Shown: positions 45,563 to 54,195 of the stretch, one piece after another
How the letters are laid out: each line of letters begins with the position of its first letter
Position numbering within the stretch: position 1 is the stretch's first letter
Virus record (IMG/VR): IMGVR_UViG_3300043172_001413
Source: a virus
Length of the DNA: 64,000 nt
Strand: one strand, 5' to 3'
Translations under genes and position numbers: made by a program
Notes under the pieces: generated by a model
What the model was told of the DNA's origin: nothing
Databases searched by the model: none
Seen by the model: only the letters and a program-made list of their open reading frames with translations

Positions 45563-46255
45563 ATGAAGGGTATTTTAAACGTGTTCAAAAACATGGGCAG
45601 AGTTGCCGATGGGAAAGCCCAAGACAAAGCAGATAAAATTGAGTCTGAAAACTCAGTTACATTTGGCAAACAGGATGTTGCAAAGATGAATGTCGAACTC
45701 GGAAAAGTCAATGAAAATATTGGCACAATGAAGGGTGAAATAGCCGTTCTTGAAGATAAGGTAAAGGGTATCAAACTGGAGATAAAGAAACATGAATCCG
45801 ATGCGACAGAATTGGCTGAAGACAATGAAGCTCTTGCACTAAAGCACTGTGAAGCCGCTGAGAGACTTGAAAGTCAGTTGGAACCTTTACAGGCAGCTCT
45901 TACGGTTCAAAAGGAAACTCTTGCTGAACAGCAATCTGCAAAGGAGCAGTTGAAGAGTAATGTAATGCAAGCTGAGTCTGACCTTGTTACTCTGAAAGCT
46001 ATGGCTGATGCCGCGAGTGCCAATGAGAAACTGGTTACTGTCAATACCAGCGGTAGCACCAGTGCTGTAGCTGATTTTGCTAAACGTAAGGAAGATATGA
46101 AAAAGAGGCTTATAAAAAGTCGGGCCATGAAAGATGAAGGTAGCGGTGACGACGACCTGGCTAAAGAGACCGCTGCAGCTCTCGGTACTGGCGGAGGGGC
46201 ATCTCGTCTTGAGATGTTAAAGGCTAAAAATAAGGGTAGCGGTAAGAAAAAATAA
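45563..46255 (+). CDS. PspA/IM30 (Vipp1/ESCRT-III-like) family protein
   Basis: N-terminus MKGILNVFKNMGRVADGKAQDKADKIE parallels PspA [27 protein letters not shown]. All-helical coiled coil of about 230 aa. Confidence 0.6.
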   Translation: MKGILNVFKNMGRVADGKAQDKADKIESENSVTFGKQDVAKMNVELGKVNENIGTMKGEIAVLEDKVKGIKLEIKKHESDATELAEDNEALALKHCEAAERLESQLEPLQAALTVQKETLAEQQSAKEQLKSNVMQAESDLVTLKAMADAASANEKLVTVNTSGSTSAVADFAKRKEDMKKRLIKSRAMKDEGSGDDDLAKETAAALGTGGGASRLEMLKAKNKGSGKKK

Positions 46256-46281
46256 TTGGATATTCCGATAAATACTGAAAA

Positions 46282-46306
46282 GGGGGAGTTTTCTCCTCCT
46301 TTTTTA
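46282..46306 (+). terminator. intrinsic terminator
   Basis: gggggag tttt ctcctcc followed by tttttt, after the pspA-like gene. Confidence 0.55.
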
Positions 46307-46324
46307 TCAAGTAAGGAGTAATCA

Positions 46325-47503
46325 GTGAAAAAATCCATATCTATATTCATATTGATATTGATGTTTGTGCCCGTCTCTTTTGCTGTTACTGGTTCTCCCG
46401 GAGCTGGGACTAAGAGCGTAAAGTCTTGGCCGAAAGAACCTGTCGAGAAAACTCTGATTGTTGATGTCCATGAATTTAAACCTATGGTAGTAGTGGAACA
46501 TCTGAAAGAATTGGAAGAATATAAATCCCGGTGGGGGTCTGCTGTACAACCTGTCAGCCTTGAAGGTCATGATATCGATCTCTGGGAAAGAATTCGTAAA
46601 GACCTGAATCTGGATAAATTCAACTACTATTATCTTGACAGTTTCAGTAAGGTTATGCCTCGTTTAAAAGGTGGCGCTGATGTATCTCTCGGAGGAATAA
46701 CTATTACAGCGGTTCGGGAAGAAGATGCTGATTTCGTTCCGTACATGCGTTCTGGTGCAGGGGTACTCGTACTGAAAGAAATAAGATGGTGGGTAAAAAT
46801 CTGGCTCGAAATAGTATTTTATGCGCTGTTACCAATAACTTTAGCCCCTTTCTTTTTGGGTTGGGCTATATATGTATGTTTTTCAGCGTTAATAATGTGG
46901 CTATTAGAAAAAGGTAATCCAGATTTCAATGATAAATTTGGTCCTGGTTTTCCTGATGCCCGGTTCTTTGTACATGTAGTTATATCGTCCACAGGTTTTG
47001 GTAATCAGATACCTATGTCAAAGTGGGGTAGAAGAGTTGCCGTGATTTTGATGTACTCCGGTATTGGCTTTATGTTTCCTCTTATAACTGGACAGATCAC
47101 ATCAGAGATCAGCAAGAAGAATTTAATGTATATATCCTGTAAAGAGGATTTAAAGGATAAAAGAGTGGCTGTAAAGGACGGGACAGTGACATCAAAATCA
47201 GTAACTCTCCAGAATCTTGGAGCAGAGTTATTCCCATGTGAGAGCGTAGATAGCGGTATTATGCTTCTTAAAGATGGAAAGGTTGATGCAGTTGTACATG
47301 ATAAGCCGGCACTGGAATATGCTGCCAAAGATGATCATGAATTAACCGTTGTGGATGAGCTTTTCGATATCCAGATATACGGTATTGCATTAAAACAGGG
47401 TAGCCCGTTAAGAGAAAAAATAAGTCGCCTCGTCCTTGAGTACGAAGAAAGTGGCTTTCTCGATGAATTATCCATTAAATGGCTGGGGAGTACCAGTGAC
47501 TAA
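46325..47503 (+). CDS. prokaryotic ionotropic-glutamate-receptor-like ligand-gated channel (SBP lobe, pore, SBP lobe)
   Basis: Signal peptide. Two TM helices flank a pore-loop-like VISSTGFGNQIP. The C-terminal lobe (RVAVKDGTVTSKS...VDAVVHDKPALEYA...IALKQGSPLREKISRLVLEYEESGFLDEL) is typical of SBP_bac_3, giving the GluR0-like S1-M1-P-M2-S2 layout. Confidence 0.5.
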   Translation: MKKSISIFILILMFVPVSFAVTGSPGAGTKSVKSWPKEPVEKTLIVDVHEFKPMVVVEHLKELEEYKSRWGSAVQPVSLEGHDIDLWERIRKDLNLDKFNYYYLDSFSKVMPRLKGGADVSLGGITITAVREEDADFVPYMRSGAGVLVLKEIRWWVKIWLEIVFYALLPITLAPFFLGWAIYVCFSALIMWLLEKGNPDFNDKFGPGFPDARFFVHVVISSTGFGNQIPMSKWGRRVAVILMYSGIGFMFPLITGQITSEISKKNLMYISCKEDLKDKRVAVKDGTVTSKSVTLQNLGAELFPCESVDSGIMLLKDGKVDAVVHDKPALEYAAKDDHELTVVDELFDIQIYGIALKQGSPLREKISRLVLEYEESGFLDELSIKWLGSTSD

Positions 47504-47693
47504 TAAAACAAAGGAATTAAAAAAGGAAGCATTCAAAGCTTTGTCATGTCTCTTTATAGAAGTGCATGAAAGTATTGCTAATGATGTTAGGAATAAAGTC
47601 AGTGATCTTGTGACTGCTCTTGAAGTGGAATTAGAAGTTGCTGATACTACTGATAAGAAAATGGACATAATCTTGAAAGCTTTGAAAAAATGA
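47436..47693 (+). CDS. hypothetical protein (85 aa); start uncertain
   Basis: ORF overlapping the 3' end of the channel gene in another frame. Confidence 0.25.
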   Translation: MSTKKVAFSMNYPLNGWGVPVTNKTKELKKEAFKALSCLFIEVHESIANDVRNKVSDLVTALEVELEVADTTDKKMDIILKALKK

Positions 47694-48577
47694 ATAAGAA
47701 ATATCCTGAAGAATTACTGCAGCAAATAAAGCAGGTTTATGTGGGCACTTTTGGCCGTACTTCCATGGCAGCCCGTTTGGATGATATTCAGAAAGAGGCC
47801 TTTGAATTGACCCGGGCTCGGGATATGGAGAGCCTGAAGGACGAGACAAGCGATTTACTGGGTACCCTGTTTCAATGGATAAATGAAGCAGGGTACAGTA
47901 TCGAAGAGTTGGTACAGATGAACTGTGATAAAATTAATAACCGTTCTCTGTATCGGCAGCTCGGAAGAAAAGTTTCGGTTGCTCTCATAGGAGGGGCCTT
48001 TGATCCTATACATAATGGACACATAGCGATGGCAGAGTTTCTTTTAAATGAGACAAAGAGTTTTGATGAAGTCTGGTTTGTGCCCTGTTATCGCCATTTG
48101 TACGGGAAATTAATGGCTCCTGCTAAACTGCGCCTTGAAATGTGTAGAATGGCAGCCAGTTCTGACAAAAGGATTAAAGTCTGTGATTATGAGATTGTCA
48201 ATGAATTGGCAGGGGAAACCTATTATTTCTTGAATAAATTTTTAGAGGAACCTTTTGCTAAAGATGAGTACCGGTTCAGCTATGCCATAGGACTTGATAA
48301 TGCAAATACTTTTCATAAATGGAAAAGTTACGAGTATCTGGAAAAACTTACCTCTTTTATTGTGGTCTCCCGCCAGGGTGAAGTACCGGAGCAGGGTGTT
48401 GATTGGTACCATAAAGAACCCCATAAATTTTTTGAGGCAGGAGGCTTAATTCCTGACATATCCTCTACTGAAGTACGTAATATGATTCGTGAAAATGCTG
48501 TCCCGGGAGCTATCCGGTCAAAGTTACCTGAGAAAGAAATATTCAATTTAATAGAAAAAGAGGGACTTTACAGCTAA
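47690..48577 (+). CDS. nadD: MazG-like NTP pyrophosphohydrolase domain fused to nicotinate-mononucleotide adenylyltransferase (NadD)
   Basis: C-terminal domain VALIGGAFDPIHNGHIAMAE is the (H/T)xGH nucleotidyltransferase motif of NadD. The N-terminal ~90 aa (LDDIQKEAFELTRA...ETSDLLGTLFQW) resemble MazG. Confidence 0.7.
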   Translation: MNKKYPEELLQQIKQVYVGTFGRTSMAARLDDIQKEAFELTRARDMESLKDETSDLLGTLFQWINEAGYSIEELVQMNCDKINNRSLYRQLGRKVSVALIGGAFDPIHNGHIAMAEFLLNETKSFDEVWFVPCYRHLYGKLMAPAKLRLEMCRMAASSDKRIKVCDYEIVNELAGETYYFLNKFLEEPFAKDEYRFSYAIGLDNANTFHKWKSYEYLEKLTSFIVVSRQGEVPEQGVDWYHKEPHKFFEAGGLIPDISSTEVRNMIRENAVPGAIRSKLPEKEIFNLIEKEGLYS

Positions 48578-48662
48578 TCTAACTGCTCTGGCTTTCCTCC
48601 ATCCTACAGCTTAAAGACTTAAGAAAAGGGTAGAAGAGGGATGGCAGAAATTGCCAGGATTT

Positions 48663-49064
48663 CTATTTTGAATTACAGAATTCTTTAATAACCTTGAGAT
48701 TACTTTTTGCCTCGTTGCTAATATTCCGATCAAATTCATATTGGTTATATCGTGCAGTCCATGATATATTTTTCAAACTTTTATAACACCCAGCAATGTT
48801 TTCAGGAGTTGCATTTACTAACAAATTAAAATGATGATGTTTTTTATTTACAATGTGATTAACAATACAATATCGATTAAAATCAGGTATTGTATCTTTG
48901 AGATTATCTACTGTTTTCAATGGAAATATTTTATGCTGCAAAAAGTGATAAGCAGAATAAAAAGCAGTAGTTATAACCCAATCAGTGTAGGAAGGCTTTT
49001 TATCAAGATATTTACATGTTCTTTCATTATGTAAAGCGTGATCAATACTCCTATTTTTGGCCAT
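48663..49064 (-). CDS. hypothetical protein (133 aa) in an AT-rich island
   Basis: ORF. Local AT content is higher than in the flanks. Confidence 0.4.
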   Translation of the reverse strand: MAKNRSIDHALHNERTCKYLDKKPSYTDWVITTAFYSAYHFLQHKIFPLKTVDNLKDTIPDFNRYCIVNHIVNKKHHHFNLLVNATPENIAGCYKSLKNISWTARYNQYEFDRNISNEAKSNLKVIKEFCNSK

Positions 49065-49530
49065 ATGTTAATATATATCCATCGGTAAGTAAACGTTGTT
49101 TATTTAAATGTTTAGTTAACGGCATAAAAATAAATTCAAAGTCAAAATTTTCCTTAACTATCTGTTTTTCTTCTTTTACAGCATTTTTATTAACTTTCAT
49201 AAAATCAGGTGACATAAAATCATTTTTTTCTATTAAAAATATAGCATCGAAATAGTTCAATGAAAGCGCACGAAGATATATTCTTTGACAAGAAATTTTT
49301 TCTTTTATTAAATAGTAAAAGAAATTAACACATAGTGATTGTACTTTTCTAAGATTTATAGAAAATTCGTTTTCTAATATTTGTCGTTGTTTATTTTTTT
49401 CGTCTTCTTTACCTTTAAAATAAGCATTTATCATACTATCAGCGGAATAGATTTTTTCTTTTCTATTTTTTATAATTGGCTCGGTTTGCCAATCTATTAC
49501 TGGAACACCTATTTTAGTTGTTTTTTCCAT
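49051..49530 (-). CDS. hypothetical protein (159 aa) in an AT-rich island
   Basis: ORF. K/N/F-rich. Confidence 0.4.
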   Translation of the reverse strand: MEKTTKIGVPVIDWQTEPIIKNRKEKIYSADSMINAYFKGKEDEKNKQRQILENEFSINLRKVQSLCVNFFYYLIKEKISCQRIYLRALSLNYFDAIFLIEKNDFMSPDFMKVNKNAVKEEKQIVKENFDFEFIFMPLTKHLNKQRLLTDGYILTYGQK

Positions 49531-50067
49531 ATATAATCTTATATCTGAAAAGTATTTTGCATAATGGATAGAATTCTGAATTGTTTATTATTTATAATAT
49601 ATATGATGTTTTACAGAATGAAATAGTTTTTTATTGGCTTCTTAAGGTAATTATCTTGGATGTTACTAGGTGATTACCTTAGTATTATTTTATGGTTATT
49701 AATAGATTATTAAAATCGCTCTCGAATGATAATCTGTATGCTTCAGGTGGTGTTATTAAACATTGGCCATTCTTGTAAATCAAGGTATGCTTCTTTTAAA
49801 AACTCAGAACCACCCATTGTGCCTCGTTTAGATAAACTTGTGCGTTCCTTTTTTCAAATTGGTTAATGTCGGAACTAATTTATTGCTAACGTTGTAATAA
49901 TAATTCACCAATTTATTGCCATAGGGTAATTTAAACACTATGTTTCTAGTTTGACGTAAACTATTCAGCAATAAAGCTGAGCTAATAAACAATGTTATTA
50001 TACATGGACCTTGTGTCTGAGGACGGGCACTCATCGTTCTACACCCTTTACTAGCCATAATTTCCTC

Positions 50068-50802
50068 CTATACCGCCATTCTCATATTGTACACATTCCC
50101 TAATTTTTTAAAGTCTTCCTCAGAACTTTCGATGAGAATTTTGAAGGCAATAACGTTATCAGTAGGAGGAATTTTTCTATCTTTTATTCGTACACAGACT
50201 TCTTCTACTACTTCATCCTTCTCCCTAACTATTGTATGAGATTTATTTCTAAATACCTGGTAGATTTTTCCACTTTGTCCTCGAACAAGTATGAAACCGT
50301 ATTTCATATATTTTCTGAATTCCGCTTCAGTTATCATTTCCCTCAGAGTATCGATTGCACGCCATTCGTTTTTTGGTGCGTTCCTGTAATCGTCAGCTCT
50401 TGACTTTACGAGTATTGATACAAGGTTATTTTTTATTTTATGTTCTCTTACCAATCTAAGAGAATATTCAAACGGGACTTTATTGTCACCAAACTGGGAG
50501 CCAGAGTGAAGGTAGCATACGCCCTTCGGGGATTCTTTATCAGGAATAATTTTAATACGTATTCCCATAAACATAGGAATATCAAAATTCAGAGGATTAT
50601 GTTTTGAATTCCATAATCTTCTTTTCCAATCATCATGGTTATCAAACATTTGTTGATAATGTAATGTATTCTTAAAATGATTAAAAGTTGTTTGAGGAAC
50701 AGTCATACTTTCTGGGTGAATATGAAGGTCACGCATTTTGTGTGAAGCAGTTACGAGGCCGTTTACAAAGACATCCTGATCATATTGAACATCAACAAGC
50801 AT
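50068..50802 (-). CDS. member 1 of a four-paralog family with a conserved C-terminal domain
   Basis: C-terminus NNLVSILVKSRADDYRNAPKNEWRAIDTLREMITEAEFRKYMKYGFILVRGQSGKIYQVFRNKSHTIVREKDEVVEEVCVRIKDRKIPPTDNVIAFKILIESSEEDFKKLGNVYNM. Confidence 0.55.
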   Translation of the reverse strand: MLVDVQYDQDVFVNGLVTASHKMRDLHIHPESMTVPQTTFNHFKNTLHYQQMFDNHDDWKRRLWNSKHNPLNFDIPMFMGIRIKIIPDKESPKGVCYLHSGSQFGDNKVPFEYSLRLVREHKIKNNLVSILVKSRADDYRNAPKNEWRAIDTLREMITEAEFRKYMKYGFILVRGQSGKIYQVFRNKSHTIVREKDEVVEEVCVRIKDRKIPPTDNVIAFKILIESSEEDFKKLGNVYNMRMAV

Positions 50803-51647
50803 TACGCCGCCATGTTATAAACGTTACCTAATTTTTTGAACTCATTTTCGCTGGTTTCAATCAAAATCTTGAAGGCGATCACGTTATCAGTAGGAGGTAT
50901 TTTTCTGTCCTTTATACGCACACAGACTTCCTCTACTATTTCGCCTTTTTCCCAGACAATAGTATGTGCCCGGCTCCGGAAGATCTGATAGACACGGCCA
51001 CTCTCTCCTTTTACAAGAATAAATCCGTGCGCCATGTATTTCCGGAAATCAGCTTCTGTAATCATTTCTCTCAAGGTCTCTATAGCAGTCATTTCATTTT
51101 TTTCGGCTATACGGAAAGGCCGCGCCCGTGAATGGACAATAATTGTCATATTGTTTTTTAATTTCTGTAGTTTTCGTTGAAATCGTAGTGTTTCAGCAAC
51201 AGCAGCCTCACGCTCCTTTGTCATTGGTGTATCGAATTTAATCTCTACTTCCATGTATACATCAGTGGGCGAAAATACTTTTACCATTGGATTGTTAATA
51301 TAATTGTCAGGTCCGGAAGGTATAAAGCCTCTTTCCCCGTATACTTTAGATTCCTTACCTATTTCAAGCTGCGCTCCCCATAAGGCACCTATAAGCACCT
51401 GTTCTTCTGTTATCTCAAGGCCGTGGTTATTTTGGCAGAGATAATTTAAACTACCTTTTTTGGTTATTAATTCTTCATATCTCGCTTTTTCCAGTGTAAC
51501 TTTCTCGACCCTGAGATCTTGCTTTTCTATTTCAGCGAAAGCATCGGCAATGGAATTTAAGATACCAGAATTAGCGATATTGTTTATAGGATTGACAGCT
51601 GATATGTTCACACAAATTCTCCGATTTTTATTACTGCAGCTATCCAT
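50802..51647 (-). CDS. member 2 of the paralog family
   Basis: C-terminus ...AIETLREMITEADFRKYMAHGFILVKGESGRVYQIFRSRAHTIVWEKGEIVEEVCVRIKDRKIPPTDNVIAFKILIETSENEFKKLGNVYNMAA. Different N-terminal half. Confidence 0.55.
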   Translation of the reverse strand: MDSCSNKNRRICVNISAVNPINNIANSGILNSIADAFAEIEKQDLRVEKVTLEKARYEELITKKGSLNYLCQNNHGLEITEEQVLIGALWGAQLEIGKESKVYGERGFIPSGPDNYINNPMVKVFSPTDVYMEVEIKFDTPMTKEREAAVAETLRFQRKLQKLKNNMTIIVHSRARPFRIAEKNEMTAIETLREMITEADFRKYMAHGFILVKGESGRVYQIFRSRAHTIVWEKGEIVEEVCVRIKDRKIPPTDNVIAFKILIETSENEFKKLGNVYNMAA

Positions 51648-51973
51648 AAAATATGAAGAATATTATCAATGAGAATGATTGACCAGGGTGCAAACGGTGG
51701 TTCTGCAAATTTTTTACTTCCTTTAATTCTCATAAACCATATCACAAAATTGGTTCTATCTTGAAGGAAATGCTGTATTCCAATAGCAAGTAATTGCCAC
51801 CCTTTCAAGACTATTCCAGAAACATGTATGTTTAAAAGCATGCAATAGAAAAAAAGTGACATGTAGAGGAGAACATGGATTAGGCAAATCCAGCTACTCT
51901 CTTTTTTCTTAGCAGCCATCCAGTCATTTTGGAGAAGATAATCTCCGATGAAATGTGCGTATAACCAATGCAT
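51608..51973 (-). CDS. hypothetical multi-pass membrane protein (121 aa)
   Basis: Several hydrophobic helices. Preceded by the 28-nt repeat. Confidence 0.4.
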   Translation of the reverse strand: MHWLYAHFIGDYLLQNDWMAAKKKESSWICLIHVLLYMSLFFYCMLLNIHVSGIVLKGWQLLAIGIQHFLQDRTNFVIWFMRIKGSKKFAEPPFAPWSIILIDNILHILWIAAVIKIGEFV

Positions 51974-52052
51974 AATTGCCCTTTTTACACCTTCCTCGGA
52001 AATCCTAATGCTTCCCGTTCGGATGATAACTGGACGTGAAGAATATTATCAT

Positions 52053-52256
52053 CTAACGTCCCTTTTTCGCTCTTATCGAGGTATTTGTTTCACTTCTTCC
52101 TAAAACTACGATTCGATAAGCATCAGCAACATCAGTTACAATCACTGTATCTCTTTTCTCTTTTTGTGCCATCTCTTCTGCCTTCTTAGTCATCTTTTCT
52201 CTTATATCGTTTAAGAACGCTTCTATGTACTTAGTGGCTTTTGGGTCATGTTTCAT
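52053..52256 (-). CDS. hypothetical protein (67 aa)
   Basis: ORF. K/E-rich. Confidence 0.35.
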   Translation of the reverse strand: MKHDPKATKYIEAFLNDIREKMTKKAEEMAQKEKRDTVIVTDVADAYRIVVLGRSETNTSIRAKKGR

Positions 52257-52273
52257 ACCACTCGTCCTCCAAA

Positions 52274-52495
52274 TTAAAGGCCAGTTTTTTGTTTTCTACC
52301 TTCATTTAAATGGCTGAAAAATCTACTTCTAATGAACTCTGCTGTAATTGATAAGAAGGTGAAAATGGAAATGATTAATAGGAATGCAACAACCGGTCCT
52401 AAAATACTACCGCTTTGGAAATATCCAAAGAGAGACCCGGCTGCTGAAACAGGTAACGCCGTTCTTAAACCTTTAAAAACTCGGAACCATTCCAT
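52274..52495 (-). CDS. hypothetical membrane protein (73 aa)
   Basis: TM helix. Preceded by the 28-nt repeat. Confidence 0.35.
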   Translation of the reverse strand: MEWFRVFKGLRTALPVSAAGSLFGYFQSGSILGPVVAFLLIISIFTFLSITAEFIRSRFFSHLNEGRKQKTGL

Positions 52496-52755
52496 TAAAT
52501 TCTCCTCGGAAATCCTAATGCTTCCCGTTCGTCTGGTGTTAACTTTTTTAATGCCTGCTTTCGTAAAGCTTCTTTTCCACTCTTTCCATTGAGACGGTAT
52601 ACATTACCATTAACGATGACTCGCCCGTTACTGATTTCTTCACCGCTTGTTTTTTCGGGATGATAACTGGTCCACTCTTCTTTTTTATTTTCACAAAAGA
52701 GAGAAGCTGCCTGTAAATCAATATACGCCTCTTTTAAAAACTCAGAGCCACCCAT
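52495..52755 (-). CDS. hypothetical protein starting MGGSEFLKEAY (start placed at an internal Met)
   Basis: The ORF call runs to 52854, but the conserved MGGSEFLKEAY start is duplicated at 49747-49821 as a truncated copy. A related MGGSKEE start occurs in 54952-55245. Confidence 0.4.
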   Translation of the reverse strand: MGGSEFLKEAYIDLQAASLFCENKKEEWTSYHPEKTSGEEISNGRVIVNGNVYRLNGKSGKEALRKQALKKLTPDEREALGFPRRI

Positions 52756-52786
52756 TGTGCTTTTTTTAATTAGGTATACTATCATT

Positions 52787-53200
52787 TTATCCCTTATGTA
52801 TATAAAAGACATTATTCTGTGCAAATCTTGAAACCATAATGATAAATCCGGCATAACCGTCTTCGTATCTTTTTGAGGCTATTCTAAAGAAGCCTGCTGA
52901 AGTGGCCTCAGAAACAGGTTTAATGGTTCTGTAGCAGTCTCCAAAGTGCACTTTTAAAAGATGATCTTGTTCTTTAAACTCTATCCAATTATCTATATGC
53001 ATATAGATAAATAGCATATCCATAAAATCTACGTTTTTTATTAAATATTGAATGAATCCGTCTGTCGTAGCATCTAATTGCTTTGACTGTTTTATCCTTT
53101 CTGTCATACCTAATTCATAAACTCTTAACCTATGAAGATTTGTGCAGAGATCAGCTACGTTCATTATTGCTACATTAGAATTATCACTCATTGCATTCAT
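52787..53200 (-). CDS. hypothetical protein (137 aa)
   Basis: ORF. Confidence 0.4.
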   Translation of the reverse strand: MNAMSDNSNVAIMNVADLCTNLHRLRVYELGMTERIKQSKQLDATTDGFIQYLIKNVDFMDMLFIYMHIDNWIEFKEQDHLLKVHFGDCYRTIKPVSEATSAGFFRIASKRYEDGYAGFIIMVSRFAQNNVFYIHKG

Positions 53201-54195
53201 TATGCCGCCATTTTATATACGTTGCCTAATTTCTTGAATTCTCCCTCATCGCAGAGAACCATGGTCCGGAAGGCAATGACATTGTCAGTGGGAGGAACTT
53301 TTAGATTTCTCTTTATACGCACACAGACCTCCTCTACGAGCTTCCCTTTCTCCCAGACCTTAGTATGTTCTTTGTTTCTAAAGATCTGATAGACACGCCC
53401 GCTGAGCCCTCTGACAAGAATAAAGCCGTGTTTTATATATTTACGGAACTCTGTCTCTGTAATCATCTCTCTAAGGGTCTCTATAGCTGCCAGTTCATTT
53501 TTCGGGACATTGCAAATAGGATTGGCCCGGGATTTCACAATAATGGTTAGATTATTCCTTATTTGATTTTTCTTTAAATCTACTATTGCAACAAGATTGG
53601 CAGGACTTGCCATATAAGGGTAATCGGAATAGGTAAAATGGCACGTCTCCAGATCAATATCTATTCTTCCGCTTGTAGGATCATACTCCATACTTCTTAT
53701 AAAGGATTCTTCTTTCGGTTGGTATGGTGTATAATTCCAAGAGGTCCTTTTATTATATTCTTCTTTAAATGATGAGAAATAATCGTGGTCATTTTCTATA
53801 ATGAATTTGTCTGAAAAAGTGTCCTTTTTTATTGAACCCATATCAAAATAGCTCTTTTTTGGTTTTCTTCTTATATTCAGGCCTCTGCCCTCTCCTTCCT
53901 CAAAATAGGAGCGAAGCATCTCATCAGCAATTTTTGTTTTGTGTTCCAGGTCCTCTTGGAGAGATGGGCAGTCCCGGATATAGGGATTCCTGTGGAAATT
54001 TGGAGGTAATTGAAGTCCCAATCTTTTATGGGTTGTTCTTTCTACCTCTGTTATTGTGTGGGATATTATTTCTTCGGCAGTAAGGGGACCTCTTTCAACA
54101 GCGCTGAAAACTTCGGGTTTAAGAGCCATCCATCGATAAGGATAGCGAAATTCCTCAGTTTTATAACCTGTAGTTTGGTGGGTATAGCTAGGCAT
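53200..54195 (-). CDS. member 3 of the paralog family
   Basis: C-terminus NNLTIIVKSRANPICNVPKNELAAIETLREMITETEFRKYIKHGFILVRGLSGRVYQIFRNKEHTKVWEKGKLVEEVCVRIKRNLKVPPTDNVIAFRTMV. About 210-aa unique N-terminal region. Confidence 0.55.
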   Translation of the reverse strand: MPSYTHQTTGYKTEEFRYPYRWMALKPEVFSAVERGPLTAEEIISHTITEVERTTHKRLGLQLPPNFHRNPYIRDCPSLQEDLEHKTKIADEMLRSYFEEGEGRGLNIRRKPKKSYFDMGSIKKDTFSDKFIIENDHDYFSSFKEEYNKRTSWNYTPYQPKEESFIRSMEYDPTSGRIDIDLETCHFTYSDYPYMASPANLVAIVDLKKNQIRNNLTIIVKSRANPICNVPKNELAAIETLREMITETEFRKYIKHGFILVRGLSGRVYQIFRNKEHTKVWEKGKLVEEVCVRIKRNLKVPPTDNVIAFRTMVLCDEGEFKKLGNVYKMAA

